Positions 49,148 through 58,018 of a stretch of DNA of 64,000 nt are shown here, piece by piece (within the stretch, counting starts at the first letter, position 1; each line of letters opens with the position of its first letter). The stretch comes from Gemmatimonas sp. (lineage in GTDB: Bacteria > Gemmatimonadota > Gemmatimonadetes > Gemmatimonadales > Gemmatimonadaceae): contig OZ257156.1 in assembly GCA_965279375.1 (NCBI GenBank), positions 2,528,001 through 2,592,000 of the forward strand, written 5' to 3'. The notes beneath the pieces are model-generated. The model saw nothing but the letters and a program-made list of their open reading frames with translations. It did not search any database and had not been told where the DNA came from. The translations under genes were made by a program, and so were the position numbers.

Positions 49148-50056
49148 TCAGGCAGCTCCCCAGAATCCGGCGAGGGCATGCCCATCCGGAGACTCGCGCA
49201 GCTTCTCGAAGGCTCGCTCGCGGATCTGGCGGATCCGTTCGCGGGTGACGCCCATGAGAGCACCGATGCGCTCGAGGGTCATGGCTTCGGCCCCTTCGTC
49301 GAGCCCGTAGTACAGATACAGGATCTTCCGCTCGCGCGGGGTGAGGTACTTCCGGAAGACGCGATCGATGAACTCGCGCATCAGGCGGAAGTCGGTGCCT
49401 TCTTCGATATCGGTGTTGGTCTCACCGGCGAAGCGCTCGCCCAGCGTGGAGGCCTCGCGATCCTGTCGATCGATCGGCGCGTCGAGCGAGACTTCGGTGC
49501 TCGAGATTTGCCGGGCGGACCGGACCTGTTCGAGGGGCTCGGCCAGGCACTTGGAGATTTCCTCGTCGGTGGGCTCGCGATTGAGCACCTGATTGAGGAT
49601 CATCTCCGCACGTGCCATGCGGATCAGCTGCGAATTCTGGTTGAGCGGGATGCGCACACTGCGCGTCTGCTCTGCGAGCGCCTTGAGCACCGCCTGACGA
49701 ACCCACCAGACAGCGTACGAGATGAACTTCACGCCCTGATCCGGGTCGAACTTCCGGACCGCCTTGAGCAGGCCTTCGTTGCCGATGGCAACGAGCTCGC
49801 TGAGGTCGAGGCCGTGACCTTGATACTTCTTCACGTACGAGATGACGAATCGGAGATTCGCCGTCACGAGCCGTTCGGCCGCCGCCTCGTCACCCTTCTG
49901 CGCGAGCCGAGCCAGACGGCGCTCTTCGGCGACGTCGGTGATCAGCGGGAGCTTCTGAATGTCGTGGAGGTACTGGTCGAACGCGGTGGAGGGGGAGGAG
50001 CGGAAAAACCCGCGGGTGGAGCGGGTTTCGGATCTGCTGGCGGTCGCTGACTGCAT
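49148..50056 (-). CDS. RNA polymerase sigma-70 family factor (RpoD/RpoS-like, lacks region 1.1)
   Basis: YLHDI, ANLRFV, KFISYAVWW, VRIP, TLERIG..GVTRERIRQI. Confidence 0.93.
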   Translation of the reverse strand: MQSATASRSETRSTRGFFRSSPSTAFDQYLHDIQKLPLITDVAEERRLARLAQKGDEAAAERLVTANLRFVISYVKKYQGHGLDLSELVAIGNEGLLKAVRKFDPDQGVKFISYAVWWVRQAVLKALAEQTRSVRIPLNQNSQLIRMARAEMILNQVLNREPTDEEISKCLAEPLEQVRSARQISSTEVSLDAPIDRQDREASTLGERFAGETNTDIEEGTDFRLMREFIDRVFRKYLTPRERKILYLYYGLDEGAEAMTLERIGALMGVTRERIRQIRERAFEKLRESPDGHALAGFWGAA

Positions 50057-50123
50057 ACACGCCCTCGCCTAATGGAACTGGTGATCGGCCGAACGGCCGG
50101 CCGGTCTGCTGGAATGGAGCGCC

Positions 50124-50152
50124 ACGATAATGGCGGGATGGTGAGCGGTCAA
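50124..50152 (-). promoter_or_regulatory. Putative sigma-70 promoter of the sigma factor gene
   Basis: Minus strand TTGACC-17 nt-TATCGT. Confidence 0.55.
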
Positions 50153-50221
50153 CGAAAATTTTCTGGGTTATCGAAAATCCGCAGAATTGTGATGTTTGGG
50201 CACTCTGGACTGTATGGTCCA

Positions 50222-50257
50222 TGTTGCATCCCCGCAACGAAGTGCGGCGACGCAACG
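50222..50257. promoter_or_regulatory. Two tandem TGTTGC-N6-GCAAC operators (putative UAS)
   Basis: TGTTGCATCCCCGCAACG and AAGTGCGGCGACGCAACG; the reverse complement of the second shares GTTGCGTCGCCGCA with the 32208 copy. Confidence 0.65.
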
Positions 50258-50357
50258 CATCATTCTCTACTCCCTTGTCCGAATTCGTCCCGGAATATTT
50301 CGGCGTAAATACCTCAATCACAATTGGTTACGTCGAAATGCAAGCGTGCGGGGCCGC

Positions 50358-50373
50358 TGGGTCGCAATTTGCT
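50358..50373 (+). promoter_or_regulatory. Putative sigma-54 -24/-12 promoter of PEP-CTERM gene 2
   Basis: TGGGTCGCAATTTGCT (GG-N10-GC); IHF-like CAATTGGTTAC at 50321-50331. Confidence 0.55.
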
Positions 50374-50429
50374 CAGGTATGGCACCGACTCTGTTCGCCA
50401 TACCGGTCCCTCCATCTCCTGGTGCACCC

Positions 50430-51104
50430 ATGTCTCGCTCGCTGCTCCGCCGTCTCACTGCCGTCACCGGCGCGCTTCTCCTGACCGCTGCCCCTCAGGT
50501 CGTGTCTGCGCAGACGTGGACCTCCTGGACCTCAGCCAACAACACGGGTGTCTTCGGCAACATCGGGAGCACCACCGTGAACTTCCTCGGCTCGTACGAC
50601 AGCTACGAGAACTCCACCACCGGCTTCAACTACTGGCAGCCGAGTGGCGCGTACACGCAGAACGGTATCGTTGGACCGACCAATCCGGGGCTCATCCGTT
50701 TCCGGTCGAACGGCGGCTCTGGCACGATCACCTTCTCCAGCGCGGTTCTGAACCCGTACATCGCGTTCAACAGCGTCGGACAGGGCGGACTCCCCGTCAC
50801 CTACGACTTCGGGAATTCGGCGTTCACTGTGCTGTCGAACAACAATGCCGGCGGTGCCTACTGGGGCCCTGGCTCGTACACGACCGCCGGTAACGTGCTG
50901 ACCGGCCGCGAATTCAGCGGCGTGGCGCAGTTCTCCGGCGTGTACAACTCCATCACGTTCCGGACATCGGGTGAGAACTGGCACGGGATCACGGTCGGCG
51001 TCGGCAGCACCAGTGTCGTGCCCGAGCCGTCGACCTACGCCCTCATGGCCGCCGGCCTCGCCGGGCTCGGCTTCGTCGCGCGCCGCCGTCGTCGCCAGGG
51101 CTGA
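50430..51104 (+). CDS. PEP-CTERM sorting domain protein 2
   Basis: Signal peptide (VSA-Q), Ser/Thr/Gly/Asn-rich body, VPEPSTYALMAAGLAGLGFVARRRRR. Confidence 0.95.
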   Translation: MSRSLLRRLTAVTGALLLTAAPQVVSAQTWTSWTSANNTGVFGNIGSTTVNFLGSYDSYENSTTGFNYWQPSGAYTQNGIVGPTNPGLIRFRSNGGSGTITFSSAVLNPYIAFNSVGQGGLPVTYDFGNSAFTVLSNNNAGGAYWGPGSYTTAGNVLTGREFSGVAQFSGVYNSITFRTSGENWHGITVGVGSTSVVPEPSTYALMAAGLAGLGFVARRRRRQG

Positions 51105-51182
51105 TCACCCCGACGCATCGCAGATGCTTTCCGCCGCAGCGGCTCTTCGCTGCGGCGTCGCAGGACATAACAGGGCGACATA

Positions 51183-51220
51183 GCGAGACGGAGCGCCGAG
51201 GTCGGGCGCTCCGTTTTCGT
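51183..51220 (+). terminator. Rho-independent terminator
   Basis: GAGACGGAGCGCC-loop-GGCGCTCCGTTTTCGT. Confidence 0.8.
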
Positions 51221-51259
51221 TCTCCGGTCAGGCTGCGTGTTCGTGGTCGCCGAGCGCCA

Positions 51260-52351
51260 TCAGGCGCCGACGAGAACCGCCAGCACGTCTGCGTCGCTCA
51301 CGGCGAGGGACCAGCTGCCGTCGCCCGGTTCCATCTCACCGACAGCGCGAGGCAGGGAGTACCGCACAGCTCCGGCGCGGTTCTTCTTGTCACCTCGCGT
51401 CGCGTGCAGCACCGATTCGGCGCTGATTCCGGCAGGGATCGCCGTGGGAAGACCGGCGCGCACCAGCGCCTCACTTACAGCGATCCGCAGTCCGGCCGGC
51501 GCCACCCCCAGCCGCTCGGCCAGCGCTGCCTCCATCACCATGCCGATCGCGACCGCTTCGCCGTGCAGGATGCGATACGCGAGCACGCGCTCGATCGCAT
51601 GGCCGATGGTGTGTCCGAAGTTGAGCGTCTGGCGCAGGCCGTTCTCACGACTGTCCTCCGCGACCACGGCTGCCTTGATGCGGACGCTTCCCGCGATGAG
51701 CGTCGCCAGGGCGTCCGCGTGCGCGCCGTGGGCGGCGACGTCGGGTAGCGCACGGAGCGTAGCGTCGAAGTAGCTCGCGTCGGCGATGACGCCGTGCTTG
51801 ATGATTTCGGCCAAGCCGCTGCGCAGGTCGGCGGGCGGCAGCGTGGCGAGCACAGTGGGGTCCATGAGGACCGCGCTCGGGTTGTGGAACGCGCCCACAA
51901 GATTCTTGCCCTGCGGCGTATCGACCGCCGTCTTGCCGCCCACGGATGCGTCCACCATGGAAAGCAGCGTGGTGGGGATCTGCACCACCGGCACACCACG
52001 CATGAACGTCGCCGCCACGAAGCCCGCGAGATCTCCGATGACGCCACCGCCGAGCGCGATGACCGTGGTGTCGCGGCCGGCGCCCCATTCGAGGAGTGCG
52101 TCCGTCAGCTCGCCCCACCGTGCGCGTGTCTTCTCGTGTTCGCCGGGCGGAATGGTGAACAGGCGCGAACGGTCGACGGGAAGCTGCGCCAGAAGCGACG
52201 CCGCATGCAGCGACGCGACCTGCGTGTCGGAGATCAGCGCGTACCGGTGCGCGGGCGCGGCCTGTTCGACGATGCGGTGCAGCTGCGCGAGGATGTCACG
52301 CTCGACGTAGACCGGATAGTCGAGCGGGACGTCGAGCGGCCGGCCGGACAC
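51260..52351 (-). CDS. aroB: 3-dehydroquinate synthase
   Basis: GEHEKT, LGGGVIGDLAGF, PTTLL..VDASVGGKT, LNFGHTIGHAIE, HGEAV, DKK. Confidence 0.96.
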   Translation of the reverse strand: MSGRPLDVPLDYPVYVERDILAQLHRIVEQAAPAHRYALISDTQVASLHAASLLAQLPVDRSRLFTIPPGEHEKTRARWGELTDALLEWGAGRDTTVIALGGGVIGDLAGFVAATFMRGVPVVQIPTTLLSMVDASVGGKTAVDTPQGKNLVGAFHNPSAVLMDPTVLATLPPADLRSGLAEIIKHGVIADASYFDATLRALPDVAAHGAHADALATLIAGSVRIKAAVVAEDSRENGLRQTLNFGHTIGHAIERVLAYRILHGEAVAIGMVMEAALAERLGVAPAGLRIAVSEALVRAGLPTAIPAGISAESVLHATRGDKKNRAGAVRYSLPRAVGEMEPGDGSWSLAVSDADVLAVLVGA

Positions 52352-52896
52352 TACCAGGTCACCTCGCCGGCGCCGGCGCGGCGATTGGCGACGCGCGCCA
52401 GCATGAACAGCAGATCAGACAGGCGGTTGAGATAGATCACCGTGAGCGTGGGGAGCTCGATTTCCTGCGCGAGATGCACGACGCGACGCTCGGCGCGGCG
52501 ACAAACCGTGCGGGCTACATGTAGCGCGGCCGCCTTGGGGGTGCCGCCCGGGATGATGAAGCTGCGCAGCGGCTCGAGTTCCTGTTCGCAGGCGTCGATG
52601 GCGCGCTCCAACTCTTCGATGCGCCCTTCGTCGATGCGGGCCTTGGTGAGCTGCTCGCGCATCTTGTCGTGGTCGGGCGTGGCGAGCAGCGCGCCGATCG
52701 CGAACAGGTCGCGCTGCACCGGCACGAGCACTTCGTCGATGCGCGGCATCATATCGATGGAGCGCGCGAGCCCCAGCGCGGCATTGAGCTCGTCCACGTC
52801 GCCGTAGGCTTCGACGCGCGGATGGTCCTTGCCGACGCGACCGCCGCCGAACAGCGCCGTCGCTCCTTCGTCTCCGGTTCTCGTGTAGATCTTCAT
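52351..52896 (-). CDS. pduO: ATP:cob(I)alamin adenosyltransferase (PduO type)
   Basis: MKIYTRTGDEG, YGDVDELN, RTVCRRAER, YLNRLSDLLF. Confidence 0.93.
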   Translation of the reverse strand: MKIYTRTGDEGATALFGGGRVGKDHPRVEAYGDVDELNAALGLARSIDMMPRIDEVLVPVQRDLFAIGALLATPDHDKMREQLTKARIDEGRIEELERAIDACEQELEPLRSFIIPGGTPKAAALHVARTVCRRAERRVVHLAQEIELPTLTVIYLNRLSDLLFMLARVANRRAGAGEVTW

Positions 52897-52948
52897 GGCG
52901 CGAAAGGTAATGGCTGAAACGGGAATACCGAGTCGTTATCTTTTGGCG

Positions 52949-53980
52949 ATGCCTACCCATCCACTGACCGACATCACCATCATTGGCGGCGGCCCGACCG
53001 GCCTGTTCGCTCTATTCTACGCTGGCATGCGCGGCGCCACGGCGCAGCTGGTCGACGCGCTGCCCGAGCTGGGCGGCCAGCTGACTGCGCTCTACCCGGA
53101 GAAGTACATCTTCGACGTAGCCGGCTATCCGAAAGTGTTGGCAAAAGACCTGGTGAAGTCGCTGCGCGAGCAGGCGTCCCAGTTCCATCCGAATGGCTTG
53201 CCGGCGCATCTGGGCCAGCGCGTCATCGGGCTCGAGGAAGAGGACGGGCATTTCGTGCTCGTGACCGAGACGGATCGTTACCCGACGCGCTCAGTGGTGA
53301 TCGCCGCAGGCATCGGCGCATTTCGTCCGCGGCGGCTGCCGCAGGCGTTCGCCGAGTCGTGGTATGGACGCGGCGTGCACGAGCTGGTGTCGACGCCTGA
53401 GGCGTATCGCGATCAGCATGTCGTGATCATCGGTGGCGGCGACTCGGCGTTCGATTGGTGCGCACAGCTGCGTGATCGCGCGGCCTCGGTCACGCTCGTC
53501 CATCGCAGCGACCGGTTCCGCGCGCACGCGGCAACGGTGTCCGAAGTGCAGGCGGCGGCTGCCGTGGGCGATGGCAAGGTGAACATCCACACGTTCCACG
53601 AGCTCGATGCGATCCATGGCGACGATCGCCTGGAGGGCATCCGCCTCAAGGACGTGAAGGCCAAGACCACGCGTGAAGTTCGCGCCGACGTCGTGTTGCC
53701 GATGCTCGGCTACGTGAGCGATCTGGGCGCGCTGCTGGAGTGGGGACTCAACATCGAGAAGGATGAGATTCTCGTCTCGAGCACGATGGATACCGGTCGC
53801 CCCGGTGTATACGCCGCCGGCGACATCACTACCTATCCGGGCAAGCTCAAGCTGATTGCGTCAGGCTTCGGCGAGGCGGCGGTGGCGGTGAACCAGGCGG
53901 TGCACTGGATCTATCCCGACAAGAAGGTCGCGCCGGGGCACAGCTCAAACCTCGCGATTTTCGGACAGAAGGACGACTAA
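52949..53980 (+). CDS. Ferredoxin/flavodoxin-NADP+ reductase (YumC/TrxB2-like)
   Basis: IGGGPTGL, GGQLTALYPEKYIFDVAG, GGGDSA.DW, KLKLIA.GFGEA; no CxxC. Confidence 0.88.
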   Translation: MPTHPLTDITIIGGGPTGLFALFYAGMRGATAQLVDALPELGGQLTALYPEKYIFDVAGYPKVLAKDLVKSLREQASQFHPNGLPAHLGQRVIGLEEEDGHFVLVTETDRYPTRSVVIAAGIGAFRPRRLPQAFAESWYGRGVHELVSTPEAYRDQHVVIIGGGDSAFDWCAQLRDRAASVTLVHRSDRFRAHAATVSEVQAAAAVGDGKVNIHTFHELDAIHGDDRLEGIRLKDVKAKTTREVRADVVLPMLGYVSDLGALLEWGLNIEKDEILVSSTMDTGRPGVYAAGDITTYPGKLKLIASGFGEAAVAVNQAVHWIYPDKKVAPGHSSNLAIFGQKDD

Positions 53981-54030
53981 AACGAAGCGCTGCCGAGCGG
54001 ACGATGGTGCGTTCGCTCGGCCGCGTGGGA

Positions 54031-54948
54031 TCAGACGCGAACGCGCGGATCCACGCGTTGGTAGGCGAGATCGGTGAGCAGGTTCACGAGTACGAACACC
54101 ACCGACAGGAACAGCACGGCGCCTTGCACTGCCGGAAGGTCGCGGCGCGAGATCGCCATCACGACATAGCGGCCGATGCCGGGCCAGCTGAAGATCGTCT
54201 CCGTGAGGATGCTGCCGGTGAGGTACGCGCCGAAGTCCAGGCCGATCACCGTGACTACCGGAATGAGCGCATTTCGGAGCGCGTGCCGTGTGATGACGGC
54301 GCGCTCGGTCAGCCCTTTGGCGCGCGCCGTGCGCACGAAGTCGGCGTTGAGTACTTCGAGCATCGCCGACCGCGTCACTCGGGCCAGATACGCGATGGAA
54401 CGTGACCCCAGCGCCAGCGCCGGCAACACGAGGAACTCCCATCGCCCGTAGCCTGAGGCCGGGAGCCAGCGCAGAGTGACCGCGAAGAGCACGATGAGCA
54501 GCAATCCGACCCAATAGACGGGAAACGAAATCCCGAGGTAGGTGAGGCCGAGGGCGAGTCGGTCGAACCAGCTATTGGGTTTGATGGCGGCCAGAACGCC
54601 GACGGTAACGCCGGTGAGCGTCGCGAGGAGCATTGCCGCCGTGGCCAGGAGCAGCGTCCGGGGGAAGCGCTCCGCGATGTCGCTGATGATCGGCCGATTG
54701 GTGATGTACGAGCGACCAAGGTCGCCCGACAGGACGCCGCCGGCATAATGCGCGAACTGGACCGGGAGCGGGTCGTCCAGACGGAGCTCGGCGCGCAGGC
54801 GGGCGATCGTGGCCGGGTCGGCGCGCTCGCCCACCATCGCCTGCACCGGGTCACCCGGCGCGACGTAGAGGAGCAGGAAGACGACGACGAGGACGCCGAC
54901 GAGCGTAGGGACGGACAGCAGCAGCCGTCGGCCGAGGAGGACGAGCAT
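54031..54948 (-). CDS. Peptide/nickel ABC transporter permease (DppB/OppB)
   Basis: PGDPV, GDLGRS, EAA-like RTARAKGL, ETIFSWPGIG, RDLP. Confidence 0.93.
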   Translation of the reverse strand: MLVLLGRRLLLSVPTLVGVLVVVFLLLYVAPGDPVQAMVGERADPATIARLRAELRLDDPLPVQFAHYAGGVLSGDLGRSYITNRPIISDIAERFPRTLLLATAAMLLATLTGVTVGVLAAIKPNSWFDRLALGLTYLGISFPVYWVGLLLIVLFAVTLRWLPASGYGRWEFLVLPALALGSRSIAYLARVTRSAMLEVLNADFVRTARAKGLTERAVITRHALRNALIPVVTVIGLDFGAYLTGSILTETIFSWPGIGRYVVMAISRRDLPAVQGAVLFLSVVFVLVNLLTDLAYQRVDPRVRV

Positions 54949-55060
54949 CCCGGGAATGTAAGTGTCACGCGGCGGATGTTCGAATCGTCATTTCCCGGAA
55001 GTCTTCTTGCCGCGTGGCTTCACGCCGCATCGTCGCTCCTGCGCCACGACCTCGACATTC

Positions 55061-56254
55061 ATGTTCTTTCGCAAGTCCGGCTCGCCGCCGAATCCCGCCG
55101 CGTCAACCTCGTCATCGCCCGCACTGCATCTCGTGAAAGACGATGCCGCGACGGCGATCGGCTCGTCCACACATGGCAACGGTGCGCACGACGCCTCGTC
55201 GGATCTCGGTCTCGTGCTGGACGCGCTAGGCAACATTCTTGCGACGTACGCGCGCTACACGTTCGACTTGCCCGACCGTAGCGCGGAAGAGTCCACAACG
55301 GAGCTCACGCGTTGGCAGCGTCACGCGACGCTGGGCGTGCCGTTGACGACCGATGCCGGCGCGACGGCGCTGGGGGTGCACCCGCGTGACTGGACGGGTG
55401 TTGTCCGCAGCTTCGCCTCGCAGCGTCGCGATGAGAAGCAGTACGTGGACACGGCGATGGGCGATTTGCGTGAAGCGCTCTGGGCGTGCATTCAGACGGT
55501 GCACAACGCGGTGCGCACGGACGTGGCGACGGACATGACGGTCGCCGTGCAGATGCAGCGCGCGCATTCGGCGATCGACTCGATGCAGCTGGGCACGATC
55601 AAGGACGAGGTGCTGGGCGCCATCACGACGATCGGCAACGCCTTGGCGACCAAGCGGAGCGCGCAGGAGGCACAGTACAAGTCGCTGGCGGAACACCTCG
55701 ACACGCTGCGGGACGAGTTGGCGGAGGCGCGGCGCGACAGCACGACCGATGCGCTGACCGGCCTTGGTAATCGCAAGCTGTTCGACGTGTCGTTGGCGCG
55801 AACGATCGAGTTCAACACGCTCAGCCGCACGCCGGTGTCGTTGTTGATGATCGACGTGGACTCGCTCAAGAAGATCAACGACACCTACGGGCATCAGGGC
55901 GGCGACCACGCGATCGTCACCGTGTCGAACTGTCTGTCCAAGGTGTTCCTGCGCCAGACCGACACGCTCTGCCGCTTCGGTGGCGATGAGTTCGCGGCGA
56001 TTCTGCACAACACGGACGAGGCGATGGCGACTACGCTGGCCAAGCGTCTTGTCGGGTTGGTTGGCGACCAGGCGATGCCGGTGGGGATGGACCAGACGAT
56101 CGGCGTGTCGGTGGGGCTCGCGGAGATTGGTCCGCTGGACGATGCGGCGTCGTGGGTGGCGCGCGCGGACCAGGCGCTCTACGAGGCCAAGCAGCAGGGA
56201 CGAGCGCGCGTGGTCGTGGCGCCGCGTTCGACGGCCTCCACGACCACGGAATAG
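55061..56254 (+). CDS. Cytoplasmic diguanylate cyclase (coiled-coil + GGDEF)
   Basis: DALTGLGNR, INDTYGHQGGD, RQTD I-site, intact GGDEF, ADQALYEAK. Confidence 0.92.
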   Translation: MFFRKSGSPPNPAASTSSSPALHLVKDDAATAIGSSTHGNGAHDASSDLGLVLDALGNILATYARYTFDLPDRSAEESTTELTRWQRHATLGVPLTTDAGATALGVHPRDWTGVVRSFASQRRDEKQYVDTAMGDLREALWACIQTVHNAVRTDVATDMTVAVQMQRAHSAIDSMQLGTIKDEVLGAITTIGNALATKRSAQEAQYKSLAEHLDTLRDELAEARRDSTTDALTGLGNRKLFDVSLARTIEFNTLSRTPVSLLMIDVDSLKKINDTYGHQGGDHAIVTVSNCLSKVFLRQTDTLCRFGGDEFAAILHNTDEAMATTLAKRLVGLVGDQAMPVGMDQTIGVSVGLAEIGPLDDAASWVARADQALYEAKQQGRARVVVAPRSTASTTTE

Positions 56255-56263
56255 CGCGAAGGG

Positions 56264-57853
56264 CTACGGCTTGCTGGCGCCGAGGGTGACCTTGGTCCAG
56301 CGCTGCCCGTTGAAGATGACGGGCACTTCGAAGCCCTGCACCCACGGCTGGATGGCGTAGAGCTCGTTGTAGAATAAGAGCGGCACGAGTCCCATCTGAC
56401 CGTACGCGACGGAGTCTGCCTGCCGATAGAGCGCGGCGCGCTTGGTGGCGACCGATTCGCGACGGGAGGCATCGACGAGGCGATCGAAGGTGGTATCGCT
56501 GAAGAACGACACGTTGCCGCCTGCGCCGCGATTGACCGTGTGCAGCAGCGGATACAGAAAGTTTTCGGCGTCGGGGTAGTCGGCGTACCAATCCTTGAGC
56601 ACCAGATCGGTCCGCCCGGCCCGAGCGGCGGCGCGCATGGCGCTCGCATCGCGCTGCACGATCTTCACGCGAATGCCCGCTGCGCCCAGATAGGCCTGCA
56701 TCGTTTGCGCGATGCGCGGGAAGGGTGCGGACTGCGAGCACCAGAGTTCGAGGTCGACGCCGTTGGGGAAGCCGGCGTCGGCGAGTGCCTTCCGGGCGGC
56801 CGTGCTGTCATACGGGATGATCTGGCGGGTGGTATCCGCGCCTTCGAGCGACGGCGGAATGACACCGGCGGCGACGCGACCACGGCCAGCCAGCAGCTGC
56901 TTGAGCAGCGCGGGGACGTCGAGTGCCTGCGCAATCGCACGACGGACGCGCACGTCCTTGAGCGGACCGCGGGTGGTGTTGACGCCCACGTACCAGAGGC
57001 GAAGTGCGGGCGCCGAGGTGAGGCGCGCCTGCCGCGCATCGGTGTCTTCCCAGGCGCGAGTCTGGTCTTCAGGCACGTACAGAATATCCACCGTACCGCT
57101 CTCGAACTCGGCGACAGCGGTGGAGGGCTCGGGGATGATGCGGGCGAGCAGCGTGTCGATGGTGGGCGCGCCACCGAAGTAGCTGGGATTGCGCGCGAAC
57201 TTCACGTAGTCGTCGTGCTTCCATTCGACGAGGCGCCACGGTCCGGTGCCAATCGGCTTCTCGCTGAAGTCGGCGCCGGTGGAGTCGGGTACGATCGACG
57301 CGACGGGCATCGCCAGCAGCTTGGGGAAGATCGCGAACGGTTCTTCGAGCGTGATGACGACCGTGGAGTCATTGGGAGTGTCGATGCCGAGTGCGGTGCT
57401 CTTGCCGTCGGCGTAGGCGCGCGCGCCCTTGATCGGGTAGAGCGGCCAGACTTGTCCGCCCTTGGAGGTGGGGTCGAGCACGCGCTTGAAGGACTGAACG
57501 ACGTGACGGGCGAGAAAGGGCTTGCCGTCGTGGAAGCTGACGCCTTGGCGCAGATGGAAGGTGTACTGCAGCCCATCGGGGCTGACGTCCCAGCGGGTGG
57601 CGAGAGCGGCTTCGACTTGTGCGCCGGGCGTGAATCGCGTCAGTCCGTCGAAGAGATATGCGACGGCACGTCCGGTGGGCACGTCGGTTGAGCGCGCGGG
57701 ATCGAGCGAGCGCGGGTCATACCAATCGCGCGAGTCGATGAGCGTGTGGCGATCCCCGACGGGATCTGCGCGACGGCAGCCGGCGACGAGCGCAACGAGC
57801 AGTACAGTGACGTGCATTCCCGAGCGGAATGCGTGTGCGCGAGAAAGGCGCAT
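56264..57853 (-). CDS. Peptide ABC transporter substrate-binding lipoprotein (DppA/OppA family 5)
   Basis: VAGC lipobox, SLDPA, YTFHLRQGVSFHDG, PIGTGPW, VRRAIA. Confidence 0.92.
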   Translation of the reverse strand: MRLSRAHAFRSGMHVTVLLVALVAGCRRADPVGDRHTLIDSRDWYDPRSLDPARSTDVPTGRAVAYLFDGLTRFTPGAQVEAALATRWDVSPDGLQYTFHLRQGVSFHDGKPFLARHVVQSFKRVLDPTSKGGQVWPLYPIKGARAYADGKSTALGIDTPNDSTVVITLEEPFAIFPKLLAMPVASIVPDSTGADFSEKPIGTGPWRLVEWKHDDYVKFARNPSYFGGAPTIDTLLARIIPEPSTAVAEFESGTVDILYVPEDQTRAWEDTDARQARLTSAPALRLWYVGVNTTRGPLKDVRVRRAIAQALDVPALLKQLLAGRGRVAAGVIPPSLEGADTTRQIIPYDSTAARKALADAGFPNGVDLELWCSQSAPFPRIAQTMQAYLGAAGIRVKIVQRDASAMRAAARAGRTDLVLKDWYADYPDAENFLYPLLHTVNRGAGGNVSFFSDTTFDRLVDASRRESVATKRAALYRQADSVAYGQMGLVPLLFYNELYAIQPWVQGFEVPVIFNGQRWTKVTLGASKP

Positions 57854-58018
57854 ATCGTGGTTGACTGAGGGCGAGAGGCGGACGACCTTTCCGGTGCAAT
57901 CTACCGAGGGAAGGGGCCAACGTCCCGGTGCTATCCAACGCCACGTTTTCTGCATTCTCTGCGCCTGCCAATATTCGCCGCCGTTTCCGCGGTTCGACGT
58001 GTCGCGGCGCGACGACTC

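Noticed and set aside
50380..50395. TGGCACCGACTCTGTT as an alternative sigma-54 site
   Set aside because: Good -24 element but -12 reads GT rather than GC; the 50358 site fits better.
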